From contig NC_058368.1 of assembly GCF_018350175.1 (NCBI RefSeq), positions 197,906,001 through 197,970,000 on the forward strand: a DNA stretch of 64,000 bases, written 5' to 3'. This stretch comes from Felis catus. Taxonomy: Eukaryota. Within the stretch, counting starts at the first letter, position 1. Every line of letters starts with the position of its first letter. The notes under the pieces are model-generated. The model ran no database searches and was not told where the DNA came from. It saw nothing but the letters and a program-made list of their open reading frames with translations. The position numbers and the translations under genes were made by a program. This document shows, piece after piece, positions 13,106-25,940 of the stretch.

Positions 13106-14829
13106 TAAAAGACCCACCCTGAATCCTCCTAATTGCATGAGCCCACACATTTCTTATTTAGCCTAAGCTAAGTTGCAGCTGGGGTTTTATCACTCTTAAC
13201 CAAAAGAATCCTGATAAATTTTCTGATTGCTAGCCATTGTCCTCCTTTACTATCTTAAACCTTCACAAAACATTTGTTACCCCAAATCGCCTTGAAAGTG
13301 CTTGTGGAATGAAGGAAGGTGGGGAGGGTCTAACTTGCACCAAAGTGGTAGGGGATGAGACGTCAGTATCAGAAGGCAAAATGAGGGACTGATGGAGAAC
13401 TCTGCAAAATTAGGGATACAGAACAAGTAGGAAGAACATAAAGGTCCTAGGGTCCTCTTACCAGACCTCCCATGGTTTGTGGAATGGGAAGTCAAATCAT
13501 TTTGTATGAGTATGAAAGCATGTTTTCCAGAAGGCTTAGATCTCTAGGTGACATTTCCTTGCTTTCTACCAAGATGGTAAAGTGTTACTGTGATACAAAA
13601 ATGCTAAATAGTTAATTGTAGTAAAGGCAAAAAAACAAAAAAAGGTGCACTGAGTTTTGGACAGGACTGAGGACAACCTCAGACTCGGGAGAGAAAGATG
13701 GCATCCAGAAAGGATAGTGTCAACGCATCTGTTGTTTTTGCTTGAGTCTCATTCATTTATCCTGGCGTTAGTACCTCAATATTCCCAACTTTGGGGCACA
13801 ATTCTTTATCATCTTCTCGTCCATATAGTGGGGCTGCGTCACCCCTGGCTCCTGCCATGCCTTATAATTCAGTCCATTCCAATAAGAATTAAGCTTGCTT
13901 GTAGCCACAGCTTGTAGACTGAGTCACGAATCTTATTTCAAAGAGTCAAACAAGACTTAAGTCTTTTATTAGAAGTTTTAGGGAAGGGAAACTCTGCTAC
14001 TGAAACTGTAACTCTAGAACTGCCTTGAGTTGAGGTTGGGGTGGTGGTCAGTGTTTATCTGAGAATGAAGACAACATCAAGGAAAGCACAGATGGGTCCA
14101 AAAAAAATGGAGAGAAAAATTTCTGGCAACTTTTTTTTTCATGTTTCTGGCAACTTTTTCTGAGACTCTGATCTAGCAATGCCTGATTCAGAGATTCCTC
14201 TGGACTTTTCAGGTGCGGGAGCCATAGAAATTCCCCTCAACACACACCTTTTTTTTTTCTTTTTCCTTTTTTTTTTTTTTTTTTACATCAGTCACTTTGA
14301 GTTGGATTTTCTTTTGGGTGTTATTCTTCCAAAGGTGGATATATTACATGTGGTTTCCCCACTAGAGGGTGTAGCTCACTCACTGCACTAGGAGCAAGCC
14401 TTTCTTTTTTTTTCTTTCTTTTTTTTTTTTAAGAGAGGTAATGCTAGCAGGCTGGCCATCTAGTCAGAGGGACGTGGGATGGCACAAGGTCCCAACCACA
14501 GAGCTTACCTCTCTGACAGAATCCTTGTCTTAGAAGGACTGGGAGAGCAGTCAGATGACCAAGGCCTGGATACAGGCATAGGGAATGGGATAGGACTAAG
14601 GTACCAGGTAAAGATTTCATGTCAAGAGCCATGAAGTTCCCTTAGTTTTAACAAGGAAAATAGGCTTTGGCTTCCATGCCAAATTCGATTGGCAAGGCAT
14701 GCCCAGTAATGCTGTTTGTTCTCCATATTTATGAGTCTCTTATGTTTTATCCCCCTCCCTGTTTTTATATTATTTTCGTTTCCCTTCCCTTTATGTTCAT
14801 CTGTTTTGTCTCTTAAAGTCCTCATATGA

Positions 14830-17800
14830 GTGAAGTCATATGATTTTGGTCTTTCTCTAATTTCACTTAGCATCATACCCTCCAGTTCCATCCACATAGT
14901 TGCAAATGGCAAGATTTCATTCTTTTTTGATTGCCGAGTAATACTCCATTGTATACATACACCACATCTTCTTTATCCATTCATCCATCGATGGACATAT
15001 GGGCTCTTTCTGTACTTTGGTTATTGTGGATAGTGCTGCCATAAACATGGGGGTGCATGTGTCCCTTCAAAAGAGCACACCTGTATCCCATGGATAAATG
15101 CCTAGTAGTGCAATTGCTGGGTCGTAGGGTAGTTCTATTTTTAGTTTTTTGAGAAACCTCCATACTGTTTTCCAGAGTGGCTGCACCAGCTTGCATTGCC
15201 ACCAACAATGCAAAAGAGATCCTTTCTCTGCATCCTCGCTGACATCTGTTGTTGCCTGAGTTGTTAATGTTAGCCATTATGACAGGTATAAGGTGGTATC
15301 TCACTGTGGTTATGATTTGTATTTCCCTGATGATGAGTGAAGTTGAGCATTTTTTCATGTGTCGGTTGGCCATCTGGATGTCTTCTTTAGAGAAGTGTCT
15401 ATTCATGTCTTTTGCCCATTTCTTCACTGGGTTATTTGTTTTTTGGGCGTTGAGTTTGATAAGTTCTTCTTCACAGATTTTTGGATACTAACCCTTTATC
15501 TGATATGTCATTTACAAATATCTTCTCCCATTCTGTCGGTTGCCTTTTAGTTTTGCTGATTGTTTCCTTCGCTGTGCAGAAGATTTTTATTTTGATGAGG
15601 TCCCAGTAGTTCATTTTTGCTTTTGTTTCCCTTGCCTCCAGAGACGTGTTGAGTAAGAAGTTGCTGCGGCCAAGATCAAAGAGGTTTTTGCCTGCTTTCT
15701 CCTCGAGGATTTTGATGGCTTCCTGTCTTACATTGAGGTCTTTCATCCATTTTGAGTCTATTTTTGTGTATCATATAAGAAAGTGGTCCAGGTTCATTCC
15801 TCTGCATGTCACTGTCCAGTTTTCCCAGCACCACTCGCTGAAGAGACTGTCTTTATTCCTTTGGATGTTCTTTCCTGCTTTGTCAAAGATTAGTTCGCCA
15901 TACGTTTGTGGGTCCATTTCTGGGTTCTCTATTGTGTTCCATTGAGCTGAGTGTTTGTTCTTGTGCCAGTACCATACTGTCTTGATGATTACAGCTTTGT
16001 AGTATAGCTTGAAGTCCAGGATCATGATGCCTCCTGCTTTGGTTTTCTTTTTCAAGATCACTTTGGCTATTCAGGGTCTTTTCTGGTTCCATACAATTTT
16101 AGGATTATTTGTTCTAGCTCTGTGAAGAATGCTGGTGTTATTTTGATAGGGTTGCGTTGAATATGTAGATTGCTTTGGGTAGTGTCGACATTTTAACAAT
16201 ATTTGTTCTTCCTATCCCGAAGCATGGAATCTTTTTCCATCTTTTTGTGTCTTCTTCAATTTCTTTCATAAGCTTTCTATAGTTTTCAGTGTATAGATTT
16301 TTCACCTCTTTGGTTAGATTTGTTCCTAGGTATTTTATGGGGTTTGGTGCAACTGTAAATGGGATTGATTCCATGATTTCTCTTTCTGTCGCTTCATTGT
16401 TGGTGTATAGAAATGCAACCGATTTCTGTGTGTTGATTTTATATCCTGCAACTTTGCTGAATTCATGAATCAATTCTAGCAGGTTTTTGGTGGAATCTTC
16501 TGGGTTTTCCATATAGAGTATTGTGTCATCTGCGAAGAATGTAAGTTTGACCTCCGATTTGGATGGCCGATTTGGATGCATTTTATTTTTTGTGTTGTCT
16601 GATTGCTGAGGCTAAGACTTCCAGTACTATGTTGAATAACAGTGGTGAGAGTGGACATCCTGTCTTGTTCCTGACCTTAGGGGGAAAGCTCTCAGTTTTT
16701 CCCCATTGAGGATGATATTAGCGTTGGGTCATTCATATATGGCTTATATGCTCCTTCTATCCCTACTTTCTTGAGGGTTTTTATGAAGAAAGGATGCTGT
16801 ATTTTGTCAAATGCTTTCTCTGCACCTATTGAGAGGATCATATGGTTCTTGTCCTTTCTTTTATTGATGTGATAAATCATGTTAATTGTTTTGCGGATAA
16901 TGAACCAGCCCTGCATCCCAGGTATAAATCCCACTTGGTCGTGGTGAATAATTTTTTTAATGTATTGTTGGAGCTGGTTGGCTAATATCTTGTTGAGGAT
17001 TTTTGCATCCATGTTTATCAGGGAAATTGGTCTGGAGTTCTTTTTAGTGGGGTCTCTGTCTGGTTTTGGAATCAAGGTAATGCTGGCTTCATAGAAAGAG
17101 TTTGGAAGTTTTCCTTTCATTTCTATTTTTTGGAAAAGCTTCAAGAGAATAGGTGTTAACTCTTCCTTAAATGTTTGGTAGAATTCTCCTGGAAAGCCAT
17201 CTGGCCTTGGACTCTTGTTTTTTGGCAGATTTTTGATTACCTATTCAATTTCCTTACTGGTTATGGGTTGGTTCAAATTTTCTATTTCTTCCTGTTTCAG
17301 TTTTGGTAGTGTATATGTTTCTAGGAATTTGTCCATTTCTTCCAAAGTACCCATTTTATTGGCATATAATTGCTCATAATATTCTCTTATTATTGTTTTT
17401 ATTTCTGCTGTGTTGGTTGTGATCTCTCCCCTTTCATTTTTGATTTTATTTATTTGGGTTGTTTCCTTTTTCTTTTTGATCCAACTGGCAAGTGGTTTAT
17501 CAATTTTGTTAATTCTTTCAAAGAACCAGCTTGTGGTTTCATTGATCTGTTCTGTTTTGTTTTTTTTGTTTTGTTTTGTTTTGTTTTGGTTTGGTTTGGT
17601 TTTGATAGCATTAATTTATGCTCTAATCTTTATTAGTTTCTGTCTTTTCTGCTGGTTTTGGGTTTTATTTGCTGTTTTTTTTTTTTTTTTCCAGCTCCGT
17701 AAGGCGTAAGGTTAGGTTGTGTATCTGAGTCCTTTCTTTCTTCTTTAGGAAGGCCTGGATTGCTATATACTTTCCTCTTATGACTGCCTTGCTGCGTCCC

Positions 17801-18664
17801 AGAGGTTTTGGGTTGTGGTGTTATCATTTTCATTGGGTTCCATATACTTTTTAATTTCCTCTTTAACTTCTTGGTTAGCCCATTCGTTCTTTAGTAGGAT
17901 GTTCTTCAGTCTCCAAGTATTTGTTACCTTTCCAAATTTTTTCTTGTGGTTGATTTTGAGTTTCATAGCGTTGTGGTCTGAAAATATGCACAGTATGATC
18001 TCGATTTTTTTGTACTTACTTAGGGCTGATTTGTGTCCCAGTATATGGTCTATTCTGGAGAATGTTCCATGTGCACTGGAGAAGAATGTATATTCTGCTG
18101 CATTAGGATGAAATTTTCTGAATATATCTGTTAAGTCCATCTGGTTCAGTGTGTCATTCAAAGCCATTGTTTCCTTGTTGATTTTTTGATTAGATGATCT
18201 GTCCATTGCTGTGAGTGGGGTGTTGAAGTCTCCTACTATTATGGTATTACTATCAATGAGTTTCTTTATGTTTGTGATTAATTGATATATATATTTGGGT
18301 GCTTTCACATTTGGCGCATAAATGTTTACAATTGTTACGTCTTCTTGGTGGATAGACCCCTTGACTATGATATAATGCCCTCTGCATCTCTTGATACAGT
18401 CTTTATTTTAAAGTCTAGATTGTCTGATATAAGTATGGCTACTCCGGCTTTCTTTTGTTGACCATTAACATGATAGATGGTTCTCTATCCCCTTATTTTC
18501 AATCTGAAAGTGTCATTAGGTCTAAAGTGGGTCTCTTGTAAACAGCATATAGATGGATCTTGTTTTCTTATCCATTCTGTTACCCTCTGTCTCTTGATTG
18601 GAGCATTGAGTCCATTGACATTTAGAGTGAGAACTAAAAGGTATGAATTTATTGCCATTATCAT
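14830..18664 (-). pseudogene. L1 ORF2p (EN/RT), broken by several frameshifts and stops
   Basis: Starts MIMAINSYLLVLTLNVNGLNAPIKR; continues only as separate ORF fragments in different frames. End approximate. Confidence 0.9.
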
Positions 18665-18791
18665 GCTTGTAGAGTTAGAGTTTCTGGTGTTCTCTGGTCC
18701 TTTCTAATGTTTGTTGCTTTTGGTGTTTATTTATTAACATATATATATATGTATATAAATGTATATAAATTTTTGTTCATCTTTTCTCCCC

Positions 18792-19673
18792 TCAGAGAGT
18801 CCCCCTTAAAATTTCTTGCAGGGCTGGTTTAGTGGTCACAAACTCCTTTAATTTTTGTTTGTCTGGGAAACTTTTTCTCTCTCCTTCTATTCTGAATGAC
18901 AGCCTTGGGGGATAAAGAATTCTTGGCTGCATATTTTTCTGATTCAACACATTGAATATATCCTGCCACTCCTTTCTGGCCTGCCAAGTTTCTGGGGATA
19001 GGTCTGCTGCAAACCTGATCTGTCTTCCCTTGTAGGTTAGGGACTTTTCTTCCCTTGCTGCTTTCATGATTCTCTTCTTGCCTGAGTATTTTGTGAATTT
19101 GACTATGATATGCCTTGTTGATGGTTGGCTTTTGTTGAATCTAATGGGGGTCCTCTGTGCTTCCTGGATTTTGATGTCTGTGTGTTTCCCCACGTTAGGA
19201 AAGTTTTCTGCTGTGATTTGCTCACATAACCCTTCTACCCCTATTTCTCTCTCTTCCTCTTCTGGGACCTCTATGATTCTGATGTTGTTCCTTTTTAACA
19301 AGTCACTGATTTCTCTAATTCTTAAATCGTGCTGTTTTACCTTGATCTCCCTCTTTTTTTCTGCTTCATTATTCTTCATAAATTTGTCCTCTATATCACT
19401 GATTCTCTGTTCTGCCTCATCCGTCCTTGCTGCTGTGGCATCCATCCATGATTGCAGCTCAGTTATAGCATTTTTTTATTTCATCCTGACTAGTTTTTAC
19501 TTCTTTTATCTCCACAGAAAGGGATTCTAATCTATTTTCGACTCCAGCTAGTATTATTATTATTGTGATTCTAAATTCTGGTTCAGACATCTTGCTTGTA
19601 TCCGTGTTGGTTAAATCCTGGCTGTCGTTTCTTCGTGCTCTTTCTTTTGGGGTGAATTCCTTTGTTTTGTCAT
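18792..19673 (-). pseudogene. L1 ORF1p, frameshifted near the N-terminus
   Basis: ATG ACA AAA CAA AGG at 19673 reaches TAA after about 20 codons; the C-terminal 217 aa are open. Confidence 0.85.
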
Positions 19674-19859
19674 TTTGATGGGATAAAAGGAATTAACGAG
19701 GTAGAAAAATTAAAATTAAAAAAATATTAAAATTAAAAAATTAAAAACACACACACACACAAATCGAATAAATGATTCTAGATCCTAGATGTGTTTTGGT
19801 CTGAGTGTTGAAAGTGGTTTGATAGATTAGAGAAAAAAGTTGGGGGGGGGGAAGGAAAT

Positions 19860-20245
19860 CATTTGAGAATTTGAAAAAATGAATACACTGAAGTAAACTA
19901 AAATGAAATGATGGGAGTAAAATAGAATTTGAAAAAAATTACACAAAAATAAAGAGTATAGTGGAAAAAATTTTAAGAAAAATATTTTTAATAAAAATTA
20001 AAAATAAAAATGAATATTTTCTCTTTCTGTATTCAAGAAAAAGAAATGAAACAAAAAACAAATCGTTTGAAAATTTGGAAAAGTGAATACACTGAAGTAG
20101 ACTACAAATGATGGAAGTAAAATAGAACTTGAAAAAATTTACATAAAAGTAAAAAATATAGCAAAACAATTAAAAATATTTTTAATAAAAATTGAAAATA
20201 AAAGTGAATTTTTTCTCTTTCTGTATTCAAGGAAAAGAAGTGAAA
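19860..20245. repeat. Two diverged ~200-bp AT-rich tandem units in the L1 5'UTR
   Basis: tgaatacactgaagta...aaatatttttaataaaaatt...ctctttctgtattcaag occurs twice. Confidence 0.8.
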
Positions 20246-21849
20246 AAAAGAAAGAAAATTGAATAGATGGACCTGCTAACAGATTGAAATAGGACTGAAA
20301 TTACTGACATCCCCTAGATGTCAGACTATGAAGCACTTTATACTCCATAAACTAAGCAGACAGTGATACTTGTTCTTGAAGGGCAAGGTTGGCCCAGTTG
20401 GGCGTGGCTCAGTGTAATTGCTCCTTTCACCACTAGATGGCGCTGCTAGCCTACTGGGGTGGAACGTTGTGATGCTCGTAGGTGTGTATGCGCGTTCGCG
20501 GGAGCAGTGAAAATGGCCTGTCTCTACTATCGGAACTCTGTTCTTCCCATCAGCAATCACGCACCAATCCTCTGTCTTCAGCTTTCATCCACTCCCCACT
20601 TTTTCACTGTCCGTGACCAAGCCCCAGGCAGTACCTCTCTCCTGAGTTTTGTCTCAGATGCGGCTGTTTTCCCTGGCCCCTTACTTCTGAAGGACTGCGG
20701 CTTTGACCCCTTCCGCCCCTCTGCAAGCGGGTCTCACGGAGCGATGGCCAATGAGCAATGGCTGAATGTCGGTTGCACCCAGGAACGCTTGCTGGACCCT
20801 GCTGCTGCCGGTGCCCCGAGACTGCGGCCAGGTGCCTGCCCGGCCCAGAAAAAGTTCGCGAGATAGTGTAGCAACAGCATTTCAGGGATTATGGAAAAAT
20901 CACAACACACATCTGGCACCAGGCTTCACCCTTAATGACATTGTTCCAGCACCAGCGAATGTGGCCCTTCTCTGGGGTCTGCTGGGACCAGGTGGCTTCA
21001 ACAGTCTCCACCAAATGTCCTTCCAGCAGTGGAACCGCTTTTTCCCGTGTGGTCCAAGAACCTCCTGGACCCCACTGTGTTCCTAGGGGTTCACCTTTCC
21101 CACCAGAGCACCGCCAGGTATGTAGCTGCAGCGTTGCAGCCTTTGCGCTCCCCTTGTCTACAGTCTCAATGGAGTTTAACCCTCTCCTTTCTCCTTTCTC
21201 CCTTTTTAGTTTAGTCCCTGGGGCTGTTTCCACTTTTCCACTTTCTCTCCAGCTTCTTTTGGGGAGGGGTGCTTTTCTCATATTCTCCCCCCCACCCCCC
21301 GTCTCTGTCCTCTCTCCGTCCGCAAAAGCGGCTCCCTTCCCGCAGCTTCTCGCTCCCCAAGTTCACCTCTGTATGCCGCGTACCTGCTGAATTCTGTGGT
21401 TTAGGTTGTGTAGATTGTTGTGTTAATCCTCCAATCAGTTTTTGAGGTGTGCAGGATGGTTTAGTGTTGGTCTGGCTGTATTTCATGGACTCGAGACACA
21501 CAAAAAACTTTCATGCTGTTCCCCCATCTTGGCTCCACCCCCACATTGTCATATTTTTAAATAATCATTCATTTTCTTGCTCCCTTGCTGGACTGTAAAC
21601 TGCACGAAGACATGGACCTGTTTTGATTACCACTGAGGTCCCAGAATTTAACCAAATCTCTCACTCTCATAAGTACTTAAAGAATATTTGAGTAAATGAA
21701 TGAATTGTCCAATTAGCATAACAGACTGTGAGTGGCTCAAAGTCAGGGGTCACTTTCAACTCAGCTCTGTATTTCTAGAAACAAACACAATTCTGGCACA
21801 TCTCATTAAATATATCTTGAGTTACAGAGGGGCTTTCCATAGCATAAGA

Positions 21850-21855
21850 TTTATT
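21850..21855 (-). terminator. AATAAA polyadenylation signal of the unnamed SPINK-like gene
   Basis: About 97 nt downstream of the stop codon. Confidence 0.7.
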
Positions 21856-21951
21856 GATTTTTTAAAAATAAAGTGATGTAATGAATTCCACTTTTTGAAA
21901 GAAAGATGATGTTTAATTCAAATGGGTTCAGTCCTGACGAATGAAGGAAAA

Positions 21952-22027
21952 TCAGGTCTCATTCTGAGACTTTTTAGTCGTTCTGCATTTTCCACTGTAT
22001 TGAATTTTCAAAGTGTGTTTCAAAGCT
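21952..22027 (-). CDS. Unnamed SPINK-like gene exon 4 coding part: ALKHTLKIQYSGKCRTTKKSQNET*
   Basis: atttctcttAG acceptor, phase 2. Gives the canonical CysV-x17-CysVI spacing and a GKC motif. Total CDS 46+26+131+76 = 279 nt = 92 aa plus stop. Confidence 0.88.
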
Positions 22028-23018
22028 CTAAGAGAAATTGATATAAACATTTAGAGACTATTTGTATTCAATATAACCTTCTCTTCTAATCTAGCTGTAT
22101 TTTAGTAAGGATTTTAAGGGAAGGGAGGCCTTGATTTGTAAACCCCTGATTTAAACAGCACACAGCTATAAAGGTATGCTCTACCCTCACTCTTCCTTCA
22201 CCCTGGTGACTCTTCTACTTTGAAATCATGGGGAAAAATTATTAGAGCTTTTAGCAAATGAGTGAACCTGTATATTAAGAAGTATAGGGAGGGACAAAAA
22301 TGATTCCCTGAGGTACCCTGAGGAACTTTGTTCACTTTTCTGAACCAGAATTACCATAATCTGCCATGATTATGGGTACCTACTGAGAAAACTCTTTGAG
22401 GCTCACTGTGAACGTTCTCTATGAACTGCAAACAGGAAGGATTTTTATTGGTGGGGGCAAAGGACATAGTGGTCAAGAGCAAGATTAATACAGCAATGTG
22501 GAAAACAGAAGATATTTGTCGTCTTCAGCAGAAATACAGTAAGAAACGACAGCAAGCCAATGACGACATTTTGTGCTAAATTATAGTCAGTAGGCTTTTG
22601 CTATTGTATTTTTCATGAAAAAGTGGACCATTTTTTTAAAAAAATTAATAGCCACAGAGGAGCTACTGGGAAATAATAAAAACATTAATGTTTTGCAAAT
22701 ACTTACTAATTCACATTAGGCAACAATTAACTTTGGAGTCTTTTCTTTTTATATGCAAAAAAGGGAATAATCAATCGCATCCCTTCCTACCAGACAGTTT
22801 TGGTGTGGGTCTCATAGGTGCCCTGTTTGGGAAAGTACTTTCTAAGCTGTGGCAGGCTTTATATTCTATTTCTGCACCTAGCACAGTATCTTGAACTTAC
22901 TAGATGCCTATTAAATATTCATGAGACAAATGGATAAATATGAGAAATTGTTCTGAAAAATCCTAAAACTCTACCCAAATAGAGATTCTAATCATGAGAT
23001 AAGATAATGCGAAGTTTA

Positions 23019-23172
23019 GGGGCACCTGGGTGGCTCAGTCGGTTAAGCGTCTGACTTCGGCTCAGGTCATGATCTTGCAGGAGTCCGAGCCCTGCATCAG
23101 GCTCTGTGCTGACAGCCTGGAGCCTGCTCCTGATTCTGTGTCTCCCTATCCCTCTGCTCCTCCCCGGTTCAT

Positions 23173-23225
<53 letters not shown>

Positions 23226-23257
23226 AAACTAAATAAACATTAAAAAAAATTTTTTTA
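23019..23257 (+). mobile_element. Can-SINE with expanded (TC)n, in intron 3 of the unnamed SPINK-like gene
   Basis: TSD aagataatgYgaagtttag. Confidence 0.95.
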
Positions 23258-24469
23258 AAGATAATGTGAAGTTTAGCTTGAAGGTTCTGGATGTCAGATT
23301 GGTATACTTGTCTCTTGGTTTCTCCCCTAGTGAACTATGACTTCTTGATGCATCCCTAAATTACCCTCAACCTCAGTTTTATCATCTACAAAATGGTAGT
23401 TAACACCAATACCTCCTTCCTAGGATCATTTTGAATATTGAATGAGATAATTACTATGGAGTAGCATGCACAGTGCCTGGCATATAATAGGCACAAAAGT
23501 TACGTTAGGTTTATTTATAAGTATTCAAAAGATCCTCATCATGTATTCTCTTTCATATATTTTATATTTTCCTGTAGACGTAATAAATGTATTTTTCAAA
23601 AGTCTGATCATACAGTACATATCATTTTGTATCCTTATATTTTCTTTTTTTTAGCTCAACATTGTGTCATGCTTATTTTTAGAAAACCAAATACATAATA
23701 TCTAGTAAACTTTCTTTTTATCATACATGGCTCAAAAAGGATGAGCCTTTAAACAAAATGTTGCGCCAAAGTCTTCAGTGTGCTTAAGCAGATCAACCTT
23801 CTGACTTCCCCAGGATGCAGAAACAATGTACTGGCAGAACCTGAACTAGAACCTGAAGGAGAGAGGGAGGCACACATGCAGATAACATAAAGTTGTGCTT
23901 GGTGCCCTCAGCTTATCATGAATGTGTCCTGGCCCCACATTTGGAATGAAAATCTGAGAAGAAAGAAACTTCAGGCTAAAGGAGATATATGTGACAGCTG
24001 GGGACTCAGATAATTCTTACATGTGAACTCTCTGAAATGACCAGGGAGGGCAAGCTGAATGGATTTCCCACTGGCCTGAGACAAAAAGATTAGCAGTAGG
24101 ACATAGGTGTACCAAACACCAGGAAGATGAATATGGACAAGGGTATTTAAGTGGGGTACCACAATAGGAAAAGGAGCAGATTTTATCTGAGAAAAATATA
24201 TTTCCTTCCAGGGCTACTAATGTCTTTGTACTTGTCTAAGAACTACTTAGAAAATGAAAACCTTAGAAAATACTAAATTTCTTTCCAGCAAAGTCAGAGG
24301 GCATTGGAGCATTGATATTTGTAGAACTCCTATAAACAATGACACAACTGCTTCCCTGACTTGTTTCCTAAGAAGAATTGACTACAGATGTACCACAGAT
24401 TATTGAAGCCAATCATCAATTATTAGAGTATCTAATTTTTCCCTAGTGTGTTACTCTTAAAACTATTAT

Positions 24470-25940
24470 GCTAAACTGATCCGTACATTATTCTTTGAGA
24501 ACACCTTTATAACTTTCTAAGGATAGGGCCCAAAATAGCCAAGACGATTAGTAATAGAACAAAGTTGAAGAATATATCCTTCCTAGTTTCAAAGCTGATG
24601 GCAAACTTCAGTAGTCAAGACAGTGTCGTATCAATATATGGATAGGTATACAAACCTGGAATAGAATTTAGAGTCCAGAAATAAACCCTTATATTTGTGA
24701 TCAATTGATTTCAACAAGGGTGCTAAGACAATTCAGTGGGGAAAGAACAGTCTTCAACGAATAGTGCTGGGACAGTTGGATATCCACATATGAAACAATG
24801 AAGTTGGATATCCTACCTCATACCATGTACAAAAATTAACTCAAAATGGGTCAAAGACATAAGTATATAAAAAATAAGTATAAGCCTCTTACAAGAAAAC
24901 AGAGGAGTAAATCTCTGGGACCTTGGGTTAAAGCACTGCTTTCTTAGATATGACAATGAAAGCATAGCAACAATAAATTAGACATCATCAAATGAAAATA
25001 TTTTGTGCTTCAGAGGACATCATTAATAAAGTGAAAAGACAACCCACAGAATGGGAGAAAATACTGCAAATAAATACCTGATAAGGAACGTGTATCCAGA
25101 ATATATGAAGAACTCTTACAACTTAACCATAAAAAGGTGAATAATGTTATTGAGAGGTGAGGAAAGGATTTGAATAGGCATTGAGCAAATGGTTAATTGG
25201 TCCATGAGATGATATTAAACATCATTTGTCACTAGAGAAATGCAAATCACAGCCACAAGACACCACTTCACACCCATTAGGATGGTTATCATAAAAAAGC
25301 TGAAGAATAACAAGGGTTGGTGAGAATGTGGAGAAATTGAGGCCTCATGCATGGCTTGTGGGATTGTAAACTGTTGCAGCTGCTTTGAAAAACAGGCAGT
25401 CCATCAAACTGTTAAACATAGAGTTAGTATATGACCCAGAAATTCTGCTCCTAGATATATGTCTAAGAGAAATGAAAACATATGTCCACACAAAACCCTG
25501 GTCATGAATGTTCAGAGCAACATTATTCACAATAGCCCAAAATGTAAACAACCCAATGCCCATTAATGGACAAATAAAAGCGGTGTGGTATAGCCATACA
25601 ATAGACTATTACTTCATAAAAAGACATGAAGAAGTGTTATATTCTACAACATGGATGCACTTTGATAACCTTATGCTGAATGACAGAAGCCAGAAACAAA
25701 AAGCCACGTATTGTATGATCCCATTCATACTAATTGTTCAGAGTAAGCAAACCCATCAAGACGAAAGTAGACCAGTGAGTGCCAGGTACTGGCGGGATGG
25801 TAGAAGGGATACAGACTTTCGATGAAATTTATCCTGAAATTAGATAGTGGTGCAAATATGCTAACGACCACTGGATTGTACACTTTAAAACAGTGAATTT
25901 ATGAATTTATGATTCACTCTTTTTAAATTAAAATCCTAAA
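24470..25940 (+). mobile_element. Old L1 (L1M-type) ORF2 C-terminus and 3'UTR fragment
   Basis: Decayed L1 motifs (caagacagtg, aaaagacaacccacagaatgggagaaa, gcaacattattcacaatagcc). Confidence 0.85.

Larger units (their letters stand above)
14713..21540 (-). mobile_element. Near full-length carnivore LINE-1 (5'UTR, ORF1, ORF2), inactivated; 3' terminus and poly(A) missing
   Basis: ORF track fragments are typical L1 ORF1 (18792-19445), endonuclease (IIVGDFNTPL, SDHN) and RT ([22 protein letters not shown]). GC-rich 5'UTR ends near 21540. Confidence 0.97.
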
